From: Octopus sinensis | Taxonomy: Eukaryota | Direction of reading: 5' to 3' | DNA length: 64,000 nt | NCBI RefSeq assembly: GCF_006345805.1 | Contig: NC_043001.1 | Span: forward strand, 20,336,001-20,400,000 | Shown here: positions 51,054-64,000 of the stretch, one piece after another | Position numbering within the stretch: the first letter of the stretch is position 1 | Layout of the letters: each line of letters begins with the position of its first letter | Position numbers and translations under genes: made by a program | The notes under the pieces: model-generated | The model's database searches: none | What the model was told of the DNA's origin: nothing | What the model saw: the letters and a program-made list of their open reading frames with translations, nothing else

Positions 51054-52255
51054 AACAAGATGATAACCCATCTTTCTCTCATGCCAACTAAATTATAGTG
51101 TGTCATTAAGTCCATGTTATCACTATAAAATGGATAACCCTGAAATCACTATAAATATATATAGGGAGAGTTTACAAAAAAAACAAAAGAAAAAGACAGG
51201 TGGTGTACAAAACAAACAGATGTATTATTATAACACTCAGGAATAGAAAAAGTCTTTTACGTTTCGGGCCTACGCTCTTCTACAGAAAGGAACACAGAAA
51301 GAAACAAGGAGAGAAAAAAATGTGCGTAGTGGCTAACGATCTATCATGGCGACTAGTGCCGGACAGAAGGGTCAAACACAGGAAGGAAAGTAGGGGAGAT
51401 AACAAGGTAAAGATGACCCCCAACACAAAGGTGCATGTGTGTATAAGAGAGTATGCATGTGTGTGTGTGAAAGAGAGCTGGTGGTCTGGATGTGTGCGTG
51501 TATGTGTGTGTAGGTGTGAAGATGTGGGGATAGGGGTGTGGGTGGTGTGTTGTGATGTGATATGTGTAGTGTAGTGTGGTGTGATGTTGTTGGGAAGTGG
51601 GGGAGGCGAGCAAAACTACACTATTTGTTATAAGGTGTTTAAGTACTTTCTCATACATATTAAGACATTTTCACTATCTCTCTCATGTTAGATACATTTT
51701 ACAGGGATTTTTGCAACTAAAAAAAACCTCTAATTTCTCCTTTAAGACCAGAACTACTAAACTATTTTTGGCTCCCTTCCAGATTCTACTCTCTGTCTGG
51801 TATAATTACTAAGCACTGGCCATGACAGGTTTATTTTATCATCTTTCTATCCTTATTTAGCTATATCCTAGAGTTTTTTCTCTCCCTGCCACCTTTTCCT
51901 TTTTTTTTGTCTGATCATTCTCAGTCTCTACTTTGAGATATTTTAATTCTTTATCAAAAGGATCCTTTTTTTTTCCCTCCCAAATCAATTTATAAATATT
52001 TACTTTCTATGAGGTGTATCTTAAAAAAAAACACTCAGATTATTTTACTCTTTACTCTTTTACTTGTTTCAGTCATTTGACTGCGGCCATGCTGGAGCAC
52101 TGCCTTTAGTCGAGCGAATCGACCCTGGGACTTATTCTTTGTAAGCCCAGTACTTATTTTATCGGTCTCTTTTTCCGAACCGCTAGGTGATGCGGATGTA
52201 AACACACCAGCATCGGTTGTCAAGCAATGCTAGGGGGACAAACACAGACACACAA

Positions 52256-52321
<66 letters not shown>

Positions 52322-52877
52322 CGACAGGCTTCTTTCAGTTTCCATCTACCAAATCCACTCACAAGGCATTGGTCGGCCCAGGGCTATAGCAGAAGACACT
52401 TGCCCAAGATGTCATGCAGTGGGACTGAACCCGCAACCATGTGGTTGGTTAGCAAGCTAATTATTTTCTTACTTCTCTCAGGTTAAACTCCAGATCTCAT
52501 AAAGAGTCTAGAAGCTGTGCAAGACTGGCGTATGGCATTTAAATTGTACATAGTTATGTTGGTGTGTGGATTGTAAAGATGGAGCAATGAGAGCTGTCAT
52601 ATGCATACAAGTCGTTAGAAGGCGGCGAGCTGGCAGAATCGTTAGTATGCCGGGCGACATGCTTAGCAGTATTTCGTCTGTCGTTACGTTCTCAGCTCAA
52701 ATTCCGCCGAGGTCGACTTTGCCTTTCATCTTTACGGGGTTGATTAAATAAGTACCAGTTACGCACTGGTGTCGATGTAATCGACTTAATCCGTTTGTCT
52801 GTCCTTGTTTGTCCTCTCTGTGTGTAGCCTCTTGTGGGCAGTAAAGAAATAAGAAGGCATAAGAAGTAAGAATTTAA

Positions 52878-53062
52878 CCCCCTAGCATTAGGATTTCTAT
52901 GTCAAATGCAATGCTTATTTATTCACATTGATTTGCATTTGTCATGCATCACTTTTGTAGCTTTGAGATTTCAATGATGTGATTGTTTATTTCTTATTTT
53001 TAGAATAATATTGTAGGGCAAGTGTGAAAGGCTGGATCTGGCCGGTATAAATGCTTAAAGGG
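52878..53062. mobile_element. Second piggyBac-like MITE family
   Basis: TTAA-CCCC...GGG-TCAA ends; partial copy at about 46772-46900. Confidence 0.6.
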
Positions 53063-53525
53063 TCAAATGAGATAACAAAAATGCAGAGGTTGATAGAGAG
53101 TGGTAGTGAGACGGTTCTGTAAACATATCTTTTACTTGTTTCAGTCTTGGACTGTGGCCATGCTGGAGCACTGCCTTGAAGGGTTTTAGTTGAGCAAATC
53201 AGCCCTAATACTGCTCTTTAAGTCTAGTACTTAAATCTATTGATCTCTTTTGCCAAACCACTAAGTTACAAACCTATTTCTTTACTACCCACAAGGGGAT
53301 AAACACAGAGAGGACAAACAAGGACAAACGGATTCAGTCGATTATATCAACCCCAGTGCATAACTGGTACTTATTTAATCAACCCCGAAAGGATGAAAGG
53401 CAAAGTCGACCTCGGCGGGATTTGAACCGCTAAGAATTTCACCCGGTGTGCTAACGATTCTGCCAGCTAAACCAGCACCAGTAGTCAAGTGGTGGAGAGA
53501 AACAAACACTACACAAACATGTATA

Positions 53526-53568
<43 letters not shown>

Positions 53569-55038
53569 GATATATCCACCCACACATACATAAAGGGCTT
53601 CTTTCAGTGTCCATCCACTAAATCCACTCACAAGGCTTTGGTCAATCTAGAGCTATAGTGAAAGAACTTGCCCAAGTTGCCATGCGGTGAAACTGAACTG
53701 AAGACTCCATGGCCGAGATGCAAACCTCTTAAACACAGCCACACTGGTGCCTATGTAAAACTATAGAAGTCTGACAGAAAATTTTAATCCAAAAGATGAG
53801 AAATAGATGGATACCATATGTGGGCTGATTCTGCTAAAAGTTTCTCATGCCAGATAGAGCTGAAAACTTTTCTGGCATCAAGAGCGGCAATACTGTTTTT
53901 TTCTAAAATTCTTAAGGGTAGGAACCAACCCACTGTTGCATGACACAAGGGAACAAAGTCCCATTAGTCCAAAAATTCCATTCCACAGAATCATTAGTGA
54001 TGGCTATTGTGAAGTGAAAGAGAGAGAGACTCAAGATAATGGAAAAAAGTACACATTTTGAGATATGAGAAATGAGAGAAACAGGATTGTAGTAGGCAAA
54101 ATAAAAGGGGCTGGTCTTCCGAAAGATGGAATACTGTTAAATGTTTCAACAGATCAGAGCAGAGTCCCATATAGTGAGAGAAATACTGAAGAATTAAGGC
54201 GGCAAGCTGGTAGAAACGTTAGCACGCCGGGCAAAATGCTTAGCGGCATTTCGTCTGCCACTACATTCTGAGTTCAAATTCCACCGAGGTCGACTTTGCC
54301 TTTCATCCTTTCAGGGTGGATTAAATAAGTACCAGTCATGCACTGGGGTCGATATAATCGACTTAATCTGTTTGTCTGTCCTTGTTTGTCCTCTCTGTGT
54401 TTAGCCCCTTTTGGGTAGTAAAGAAATAGGTATTTTGTCTGCCATTATGTTCTGAGTTCAAATTCCACCAAGGTCGACTTTGCCTTTCATCCTTTCGGAG
54501 TCGATTAAATAAGTACCAGTTGCGCACTGGGGTTGATGTAATCGACTTAATCCCTTTGTCTGTCCTTGTTTGTCTCCTCTATGTTTAGCTCCTTGTGGGC
54601 AATAAAGAAATAAGAAATAAGAAATACCGAAGAATCCGTTTAGGAGAGAATCTCACAATGGATCATACCATATAACATAAAGAACACTCTCAGAACTGCT
54701 TGGACTGCATAGATGTGGGGAGTGGATAGTAGATTTTAAATCCTGTTAGATTTTTCCTTTATTTCATTAGTCAAGCAGTAGTTAATAACTGATACAATGT
54801 TTTTATACTAATTATCTTTTTCTTCTGTTTACATTCAGTTCTGTTCCCTATAGTATTTTAGTTCACCGAATTATTTTGTTTTCCTTTTATTTTACTAACT
54901 ACAATCCTATTTCGTTACCAATATCTCAAAATGTGCACTTTTTTCATTACCTTGAGTCTCTCTCTTTCACTTCACAATTGCCATCAGTAATGTTTCTCAA
55001 ATGTATGAGCTTATGAGTTGCTCCTTTTGTATATCCTT

Positions 55039-55075
<37 letters not shown>

Positions 55076-56664
55076 TGTGTGTGTGTGTGTGTGTGCGTGG
55101 GAGGGAGGGAAAGTTTATATCTCTTTGATTTACCATATTTGATATAATAAAGGATGCACATACATATTAAACACTTCCCAACTTCAGCAGCGTATATTCA
55201 GGAAAAGAAAATTATTAGTACATTAAAGTAAGCATTATAGGCCCAAATGTGCATTTAGGCCCCAGGGTGATTCTTTTTACACAGTCATTTGGGAAAAGGA
55301 AATACGTCTTATAAGCCATCAAATACAGTATTTTTAGCTCTTTGTATACCTCGACTTTCTTATAGTTTCCTATATTTTTTAAAAGTAATTTTAACATTCT
55401 TAAGACCCATTTTTCTGTGGAGAAGTTGTAACTGAATCTTTGAGTTGTTTGTAAAAGGGTTTTCAGTTGGCTATCCTCTTTTGTATGTAGTCTCAAGTCA
55501 TTTATTTACAAGAAATTTCAGTTGTTGTTGCATCCAGCCTGACTGTGTAGGTGTGCTAAAAATATCAGTAGAATGGGCAGTGCTTTGAAAAATTCTTTTG
55601 TTAGAGATTAAGTGAGCTTTTATCTACTCCTGGCTCTTTTGAAGTAATAGTACCACAACACTAATTACTGCGAATATCATCATTATCGCAAATTATTAAT
55701 ATATCCTAATAAACCTGGTTATTAAATGAAGCAAAATGTTGAAGTAAAACATCTGTCCTGACAGCAGACATTCATTACAAAAATACCGTTAACATCTCCC
55801 TACTTAATTAGTAATTAAAGATATTGCTAGCAATGCCACAAACACTTTTCTTTACCTTTCTTGAGTGTGGAGTGTGTGTGTGCTCATGTGCACACACAGG
55901 GTACAAATCAGAACCAGTTTAATGCAACAAAATAAGAAATACTGAAGATAATTGTACCAAACAAGATTTACTGATATCAAAGGCTATTTTCTCAGAAAAA
56001 TACCTACAGTTTAGCATTTAATTTATTTTATGGGGTGGAAGAGCGGTGCCCATGAATCTTTTTCAGAGCTTCCATGAATGGTAGGAAAAGAGGAGGAAGT
56101 TATCCTCACACCCTGGTTCAAATATTTACAACAGAGGGGATTCTGTTAAAAGGTACACAAGGGCAAGATGGGTTTTTTTATTGGGCTGAGTTTGGCAGAA
56201 GGGACCCATGAAGGTCAGAACTTTTGTAGACCCTCCAAGACTTTGCTTCAACTGTTGCAGATTGATATCTGCAGAGGAAGATATGAGTAGGGAGAAGGTT
56301 CCAAAGGGTTATGTTCTGTAGGAAATGGGGAGGGGCATGAGTTTGGCATAACACGATGTTGAGAGGTGAAAGGTCAGAGGTACTTGAGCGGAGCAGGTAC
56401 AAGACCATACATTGCAAAGAACAGGGATCATTAAAGTAGCAATAGAAAAGACAAGAGAGATGAGATAGCAGGCCTGTGAGCAAAAGCTAGAGTGTGTCTA
56501 GCACTAAAGAACAGGCAAAGTTCATTCAACAGGCTTCCACAGAGTTTGTGTCAGCCTAATTCTAATTACAAATTTTGGATCAACTCAAGCTATGGTAGAA
56601 GACTGCCCAAGGTGGCCAAAGAGGATTGAATGCCACACCATGTGATACTGAAGTGATCATTTAA

Positions 56665-56887
56665 CCCCCTTTCATTACCAACCCAGCTGAAACCGGCTCT
56701 GGCTCTGAGTACAAATGTCTTGTTTGCATAAATTTTGAATGTTAATCTTCCACCAAACCTTAGTCACAATTAATGTTCCTAACACTAGCTGAATGATAGC
56801 TAAGTTATTTTACTAAATTCTTTGTTATATTTGAAGTAATTGAAAGAAACACAGAACACCTCAAAATAAATACAGTAACAAAAGGGG
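56665..56887. mobile_element. piggyBac-like MITE, single-unit copy
   Basis: Same family as 38113-38654. Confidence 0.75.
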
Positions 56888-59800
56888 TAACAAAGTAAAT
56901 GAAGAGGAAAATGTAATTTAAGGCAAGAGTTAATTGAGTTATTAACCCCTTATATTTTCATTAGTATATTTCCCAATCACTTTCATTTTATATATTCAAT
57001 ATATTTTTACATAACATTTTAAATATTCACATTGATTATCTTTAGATCATCAAGAATCACATCTCAGATTCATGTAAATTTATTTCCAATACTTTTTACT
57101 CTTTAACTTGTTTCAGTCATGTGACTTTGGCCATGCTGGAGCACCGCCTTTAGTTGAGCAAATCGACCCCAGGACTTATTCTTTGTAAGCCTAGTACTTA
57201 TTCTATCGGCCTCTTTTGCAGGGATGTAAACACACCAGCATCAGTTGTCAAACGATGTTGGGGGAAGAAACACAGACACACAAACACACATACATATATA
57301 AATATACATATATACAAAGGGTTTCTTTCAGTTTCCATCTACCAAATCCACTCGCAAGGCTTTGGTTGGCCCGCAGCTATAGTAGAAGACACTTGCCCAA
57401 GATGTCATGCAGTGAACTTGGAACCATGTGGGTGGTAAGCAAACTACTTACCACACAGCCACTCGCAATAAATAAATTAATAGAATTAACTAAATAATGT
57501 CACACACAGCAATGTCGAACGAAATATATTCATGCAAAATCATATTCAACACATTCCAGTGCACTTGGAAGAGAGGCCTTCTAATGCAGACGTAGTCCCA
57601 GGAGAAAATTCTCCTCTTAGACATATGTAAAAACAAACAATAGGCTGTGAATGACATCATTGGATTACAAGATGTCTGTGTGTCTCTGTCATTTCACTTC
57701 ATCAGCAATGCAAACCAAATCTGTAATCCACAGAAGTGTAGGTGTCCTACATTCCAATTCACACCGTGTATCGTTTACCATTTACTTGTTTGAGACATTA
57801 AACTGCAGCCATGCTGGGGCACTACCTTGAAGGGTATTTAGTTGAATGAATTGACCCCAATACCTTTTATTTTCAAGCCTGATACTTATTCTATCCACCT
57901 CTTTTGATGAACTACTAAGTCATAGGAAATAAACAAACCCACACTTGTCAAGTGGGGGTGGGGGTCAAACACAAACAAACACACACACACACGCACATGC
58001 ACATATAGGATGGGTTACTGTCAGTTTCCCGTGCCGGTAGCATGTAAAAAGCACCAGTCAAGCATGATCATTACCAGTGTCGCCTTACTGGCACTTGTGC
58101 CGCTGGCATGTGGAAAAAACATTCGAGTGAGGTCATTGTCAGTGCCACTGGACTGGCTCCTGTGCAGGTGACATGTTAAAAAACACCATTTGAGCCTGGC
58201 TGTTGCTTGTACTTCCTGACTGGCCCTCGTACCAGAGGCACGTAAAAGCACCCACTACACTCTCGGAGTGGTTGGCATTAGGAAGGGCATCTAGCTGTAG
58301 AAACTCTGCCAGAGCAAGATTGAAGCTTGGTGCAGTCATCTGGTTCACCAGTCCTCAGTCAAACCGTCCAACCCATGCTAGCATGGAAAATGGACGTTAA
58401 ATGATGATGATGATGATGATGAAATCCCCTTGTAAGGTTTTGATTGGTTTGAGGCTATATTAGAAGACACTTGTCCAAGGTACCTACCAAGTAGTGAGAC
58501 TAAACCTGGAACCATGTGGTTGGGAAGCAAATTTCTTACCATACGGCCACTTTGTTTTTACACATGTCTTAAGAGGAGAATTTTCTCCTTGGACTACATC
58601 TGCAGTGGAAAGTTTTCTCATGTCCAAGTACACTCGAATGTCTTGAATATGAATTTACATGAAAATAAATCAGAGTTTTGATACGCAATAAAATGTCAAA
58701 TGTCTCAGATAAGCAGTTGTTAATATAATTATAATTTTTAGATTATTTATAGCATATTTTGAGATAAGATATTTAAGAATATTTACATATGTACCATGTT
58801 TTGATCATTTTCATCTCTGTCATCAAGTGTCTTATTCCTGGATACACATCTACTTGTACCAGACTGGAGTTGAACCAAGAATCTTTATTGCTAAACTAAA
58901 GGTAATATCTACTAGTTTACTAAGCTTCTGATGAAAGCTGGTTCAAAACCAGTCTTAAAACTATATACATGAACAGGAATAAGACATCCAATGGTATTCA
59001 TAAATCAAACTGATTAAGATGTAGTCTGAAATGCAGAGTAGCTATAAATAAAACTTATAAAAAATTGGTTCCTTCCTTAGAAACAAGGTTAATAGTCTGA
59101 ATATTTATAATTTTATTAAATGTCAAAATTGTTTTTTAAATGTTATAATGACATATCAGACTGATGAAATACCTACAAATATTTATGTTCACCAGTACTC
59201 TCCAAAGAGGACATAGTTAAAGGGGAGGAAAAGAAAAAGTATTTTGCAGAGATTGACAAACAGAAAAACTAGGATACAAATATCATAAACAGCTTTGACA
59301 AACATCAAAACACCAGTATTATTTTCAGTCACAATTCTCATGTCATGAGAACAGTTTCAAAATAAAGTAATATATTTTAGCTATATTGGGAAGGGGGGAG
59401 AGCGAGAGAGAGAGTGTGTGTGTGTATGTGTGTGTGTGTCTCTTTCTCTCTCTCTGGCGTGTATGTGTATTTATAGTATGAATTCAACTTTTTCAAGCTG
59501 GGTTAGAAGATCAATTTCATAAAATGTAGCACAAAAATTTCATAAAGTAGCAGAATGTCGTAGAAATTCATTCACAACAAATATTTTGCTCACTATTCCA
59601 TTATTTTTTATGCTTGTTTCAGTTATTAGACTGCGACCATGCTGGGGCATTGCCTCGTAGAACTTTTAGTCAAATGGTTCTACCCAATTACTTATTGTTA
59701 TTTTAAACTTGGTAATTATTCCATCAGTCCCTTTTGCCAAAGCCACTAAGTCACAGAGACGTAAACACATCAACACCAATTGTCAAGTGGTGGTGGGAAC

Positions 59801-60260
59801 AAATACAGACACACGCACATATCTGACAGGCTTCTTTCAGTTTCTCTCTACCAAATCCTTACAAGGATTTGGTTGGCCTGAGGCTATAGTAGAAAACACT
59901 TGCTCAAGGTGTCATGCAATGGGATGTGGTAGGGTTGGGGACCAAGTTTCTTACCACAGAGCAATATATACACACAATCATCATCATCCTCATCATCATC
60001 AACATCATCATCATCATCATTGTTGTTTAATGTTTGTTTTCCATGCTGGTATGGGTTGGACGGTTTGACTGAGGTCTGGAAAGCTAGCAGCTGCATCAGG
60101 CTCCAATCTGATCTGGCAATGTTTCTACAGCTAGATGCCCTTCCTAATGCCAACCACTCTGAGAGTGTAATGGGTGCTTTTTACGTGCCACTGGCATAGG
60201 AGCCAGTCAGGAGGGCCTGGTATCAATCACATTCGGATAGAGCTTTTTTCGTACAACCAA

Positions 60261-60300
<40 letters not shown>

Positions 60301-60573
60301 GTGTGTGTGTGTGTGTGTATACACACACACACACATCATACCTTATAACCCTCTCCAGACAAATATCCCTTAATCTTGTGGGCTCATAAGTGCTGGTGCC
60401 GCATGAAAAGCACCCAGTACACTCTGAAAAGCAGTTGGTGTTAAGAAGGGCATCCAGCCATAGAAACCATGCCAAAACAGACATGGAGCCTGAACAGTCC
60501 TTCAGCTGGTCAGCACCTGTCAAACTGTCCAACCCATGCCAGCATGGAAAATGGACAGTAAATGATGATGATG

Positions 60574-60604
<31 letters not shown>

Positions 60605-61009
60605 ACATAAATATATGTAAGGATTGCTTGCAGGTTGGTTCTAATTTACTTAATTGATCATTTAATAGGATATTCCAAAGGGTGTTGGGCTTTAAAAATT
60701 AAAATATTAAATAACTAAAAGCCAAAAAAAAACCCCAAAAAAAACCCACATGCAGTCCTTAAAAGTTAAATAAGTTGCTACTTGTGGCCTGGTAAGTCTG
60801 TTTTCAATATAGTATCATAAATAATAGCAGGTTTTATTATTTTGGAATAAACTTTTATTGAACTAGCTTCACATAATATGTGATATTGAAAAATAGATTT
60901 CAATCTAATGATTTATGCTAATTGTTTAGCTTTCACTGTTTATTTTTATTCATTAGTGGCTGTCTAATCAAAGATGGAGAGAAGAGCAAATTCTATGTGA
61001 CTTCATTAA

Positions 61010-61226
61010 CTCTTTCATTACTGTATTTCTTTTGAGATGCTCTGTGTTTCTTTCAATTACTTTAATAACAAAGAATTTAGTAAAATAACTTAGTTATCAT
61101 TAAGCTAGTGTTAGGATCATAAATTGTGACTAAGTTTTGGTGGAAGATTGTAATTGAAAACTTATGAAAATAAGACATTTGTACTCAGAGCCAGAGCCGG
61201 TTTCAGCTGGGTTGGTAATAAAAGGG
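61010..61226. mobile_element. piggyBac-like MITE, inverted copy with both TTAA sites
   Basis: TTAA at 61006-61009 and 61227-61230; interior is the reverse complement of the 49188 copy. Confidence 0.8.
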
Positions 61227-62025
61227 TTAAATGATTTCAAAATGGAACATAAGCAGTGGATACTTGTCACAATGTCAGCCAACCATTTAGCCAGGGGTCC
61301 ATCAACAAAAGTACAGACCAACATCCCCATGCCAAATATTTTGGAGAGTAAGACAATGACTTTGAAGACAAACAAGTTGGTGTTTGACCATCAATTTACA
61401 ATGATCAACTCAAGGTCATTATAGAAATAGACCTATGAAAAACAACTTCAGAACTTGTTGAAAAATCAAATGTAGGTTATTCAACAATTGCACCGGTGAT
61501 GTCTATTCAGATGCATTTTGTGATGTCAGGTGCAAAAATACCTTAAGCTAAGCCTGAAAGCAATGAAGTCATAAAAGAGTCATCCATGACTTGCAGTAAG
61601 CAACATTTATTAAATGTTATTACTGTTATTTCTTTATTTTCTGCAAACAAAATGCACAAAAAAGCTACATGTTTGCATTATGTTATATATACAATAATAA
61701 TAAAGGACGTTATCGTATACAGTTTTACAAACCAAGGATGTTATATAGACCTCCTTGACTCAAGTTAGAGAAGGGGTGCATATTATACACAAGGTTTAGG
61801 TTTTTCAGAGGTACACTCCCCTAAAAATACCCTGTGTATTATACACAGGGTGGACTATACTTTAGGATTTTCAGTAAGTGTGGCATGAGCTGAACAAGAC
61901 TATAAAATCTTGTCATTATGAAATCTGTTCTGCACTTAAACTGGCACCCTGTTGGATACAATGACAATAACTCTGGTTGATCTGATCAACAGAGCAGCCT
62001 GCTTGTGAAATTAACATGCAAGTAA

Positions 62026-62098
62026 GTCTCTCTAGTGCAGGGGATAGCACGCTGGACTTTTAATCCAGAGGTTATGTGTTCAAATCCCACTAGGGATG
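62026..62098 (+). tRNA. tRNA-like gene or pseudogene: Arg(UCU)-type body with TTT (Lys) anticodon
   Basis: 73-nt cloverleaf: D stem gtgc/gcac, perfect anticodon stem ctgga/tccag, loop CT-TTT-AA, T loop TTCAAAT. One acceptor-stem and two T-stem mismatches. No T4 terminator directly downstream. Confidence 0.6.
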
Positions 62099-62776
62099 AT
62101 TTATATTCATGTATTATAGGCATAGGAGTGGCTGTGTGGTAAGTAGCTTGCTTATGAACCACATGGTTCTGGGTTCAGTCCCACTGCGTGGCACCTTGGG
62201 CAAGTGTCTTCTACTATAGCCTCGGGCTGAGCAAAGCCTTGTGAGTGGATTTGGTAGATGGAAACTGAAAGAAGCTTGTTGCATATATGTATATATATAT
62301 ATATATATGTATGTGTGTATATATATATGTATGTGTGTATATATATTTGTGCATCTGTGTTTGTCCCCCAACATCACTTGACAACTGATGCTGGTGTGTT
62401 TACGTCCCCGTAACTTAGTGGTTCGGCACAAGAGACCAATAGAATAAGTACTAGGCTTACAAAGAATAAGTCCTGAGGTCGATTTGCTCAATTAAAAGGC
62501 GGTGCTCCAGCATGGCCGCAGTCAAATGACTGAAACAAGTGGAGCATTCCACAAACACATGTACCCTGAACACAGTTCAGCACGACACAGGGTGTGACAA
62601 GGCTGGCCTTTTGAAATACAGGTACTACTCATTTTTTGCCAGCTGAGTGGACTGGAATAATGTGAAATAAAATCCCTTGTTCAAGGATTCAACATGCCAC
62701 CAGGAATCAAACTCATGACCAAATACCCTAACTATTAAATATGTACGTACACTTATTTTATACAATAAAAACTAAC

Positions 62777-62792
62777 CATTACTTGATTGCAT
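62777..62792 (-). CDS. Tentative first coding segment (MQSSN + 1 nt) of the SH2/WW-like gene, inside a candidate exon 62777-62854
   Basis: Minus strand: acceptor tttagtgtttctcctcag, ATG with A at -3, donor AATG|gttagt. The phase-1 end matches the phase-1 acceptor at 46698. Short and 16 kb away, so uncertain. Confidence 0.4.
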
Positions 62793-64000
62793 TATGATGT
62801 GATGAAAAATGGAATTCTATAGTCACAACTGAGAGTATTTTGATTGTGGTTGAACTGAGGAGAAACACTAAAACACTTTCTTGAACTGAATCTCATTATG
62901 GTCAATGTTTGATGGTTGGCAAGTAAAACTGTCTTCTTCAATTCTTTAAAGCAGCAAGCTGGCAGGATTTTGAAAACACCAGCAGATAAGATACTTAGAT
63001 TTAAAAACAAAAATACAATTATTTTTTAACAAATCTGATAATGGCATTCCCGATAATATTTCTTAACAGTAAACAGGGATATTTTAAATCTAAGCAGAAG
63101 TAATAAAGAATGATAATAGAGGAATACAGGTCAAGAATTAGCTCAACCCAGGTATTCAACAGTGAACTACAAGCCAACAAAACAGTCTAACCCACAGGTG
63201 CAAGACCTGCTAAAATAACAACCAAATTTCTTCAAATCAAACTCTAAACTGTTAACAAATGAAGGATACATTAGACAATGTAATACCAGAGAAATAAAAA
63301 TGGTCATGTTTGGAATGTCTCTGATCATAGGCAAACTGTATCCATCAGGACCAAACTAATTAAATAACACTAAGAACAATTAAAATTTTTAAAAATGAAA
63401 GAAGTCTCTTTTACTCTTTTACTTATTTCAGTCATTTGACTGTGGCCATGCTGGAGCACCGCCTTTAGTCGAACAAATCGAACCCAGGACTTATTTTTTG
63501 TAAGCCTAGTACTTATTCTATTGGTTTCTTTTGCCGAACTGCTAAGTTATGAGGATGTAAACACACCAGCATCGGTTGTCAAGCATGCTAGGGGGACAAC
63601 ACAGACACACAGACACACACATACATATATACAACAGATTTCTTTCAGTTTCCGTCTACTAAATCCACTCACAAGGCTTTGGTCAGCCCGAGGCTATAGT
63701 AGAAGACACTTATCCAAGGTGCCACGCAGTGGGCCTGAACTTGGCACCATGTGGTTGGTAAGCAAGCTACTTACCACACAGCCACTCCTACACCTACCAA
63801 CGAACTTTGTTTTGAAGTGAGTTTCATTTATCAGATTTATCTCCAGTGTGTAGGTGTTATGACATATAATGGAAAGACGCACCATCTCTAACATTTCTTG
63901 TTATTATCCCTTGCAAGAGTAAAGATTATATTATAAATATATATGTGTGTGTGTGTGGCTGTGTGCTTAAGAAGCTTGCTTCTAAACCACAAGGTTGTGA

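Noticed and set aside
55215-55496. 93-aa minus-strand ORF in intron 1
   Set aside because: No recognisable domain and no convincing splice sites.
56178-56483. 101-aa minus-strand ORF
   Set aside because: CLFYCYF..PCS...LWNLLP resembles a decayed LINE ORF2 C-terminus, not a host exon.
58922-58970. CTGATGA followed by a hairpin
   Set aside because: GAAA, stem I and stem III are not recoverable, so it is too degenerate to call a ribozyme.

Overview
This is AT-rich, repeat-dense eukaryotic DNA. The SINE-like families and microsatellites resemble those of octopod cephalopods, but that assignment is inference and was not searched. There are no prokaryotic features: no operons, CRISPR array or rRNA. 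The best-supported gene is on the minus strand, with phase-compatible exons at 46544-46698, 40073-40167 and 37300-38008 and a tentative start exon at 62777-62854. Joined, they give a 324-aa protein with an SH2 domain and a C-terminal CxC plus WW-like module. A possible second minus-strand gene starts with a signal-peptide-like exon at 24357-24449; its downstream exons are only weakly supported. The rest is mostly mobile DNA: two mariner elements with TIRs and TA target duplications, a Gypsy remnant, Penelope-like elements (PLEs), CR1-like, RTE and R4/Dong LINE ends, piggyBac-like and hAT MITEs, a probable solo LTR and many tRNA-derived SINEs. The most unusual observations are minimal hammerhead-ribozyme motifs in PLE repeats (one with an intact core at 9696-9738), long foldback palindromes built from those repeats, and a tRNA with an Arg(UCU)-type body carrying a Lys (TTT) anticodon at 62026-62098. 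Repeat boundaries are approximate unless a target-site duplication is quoted.
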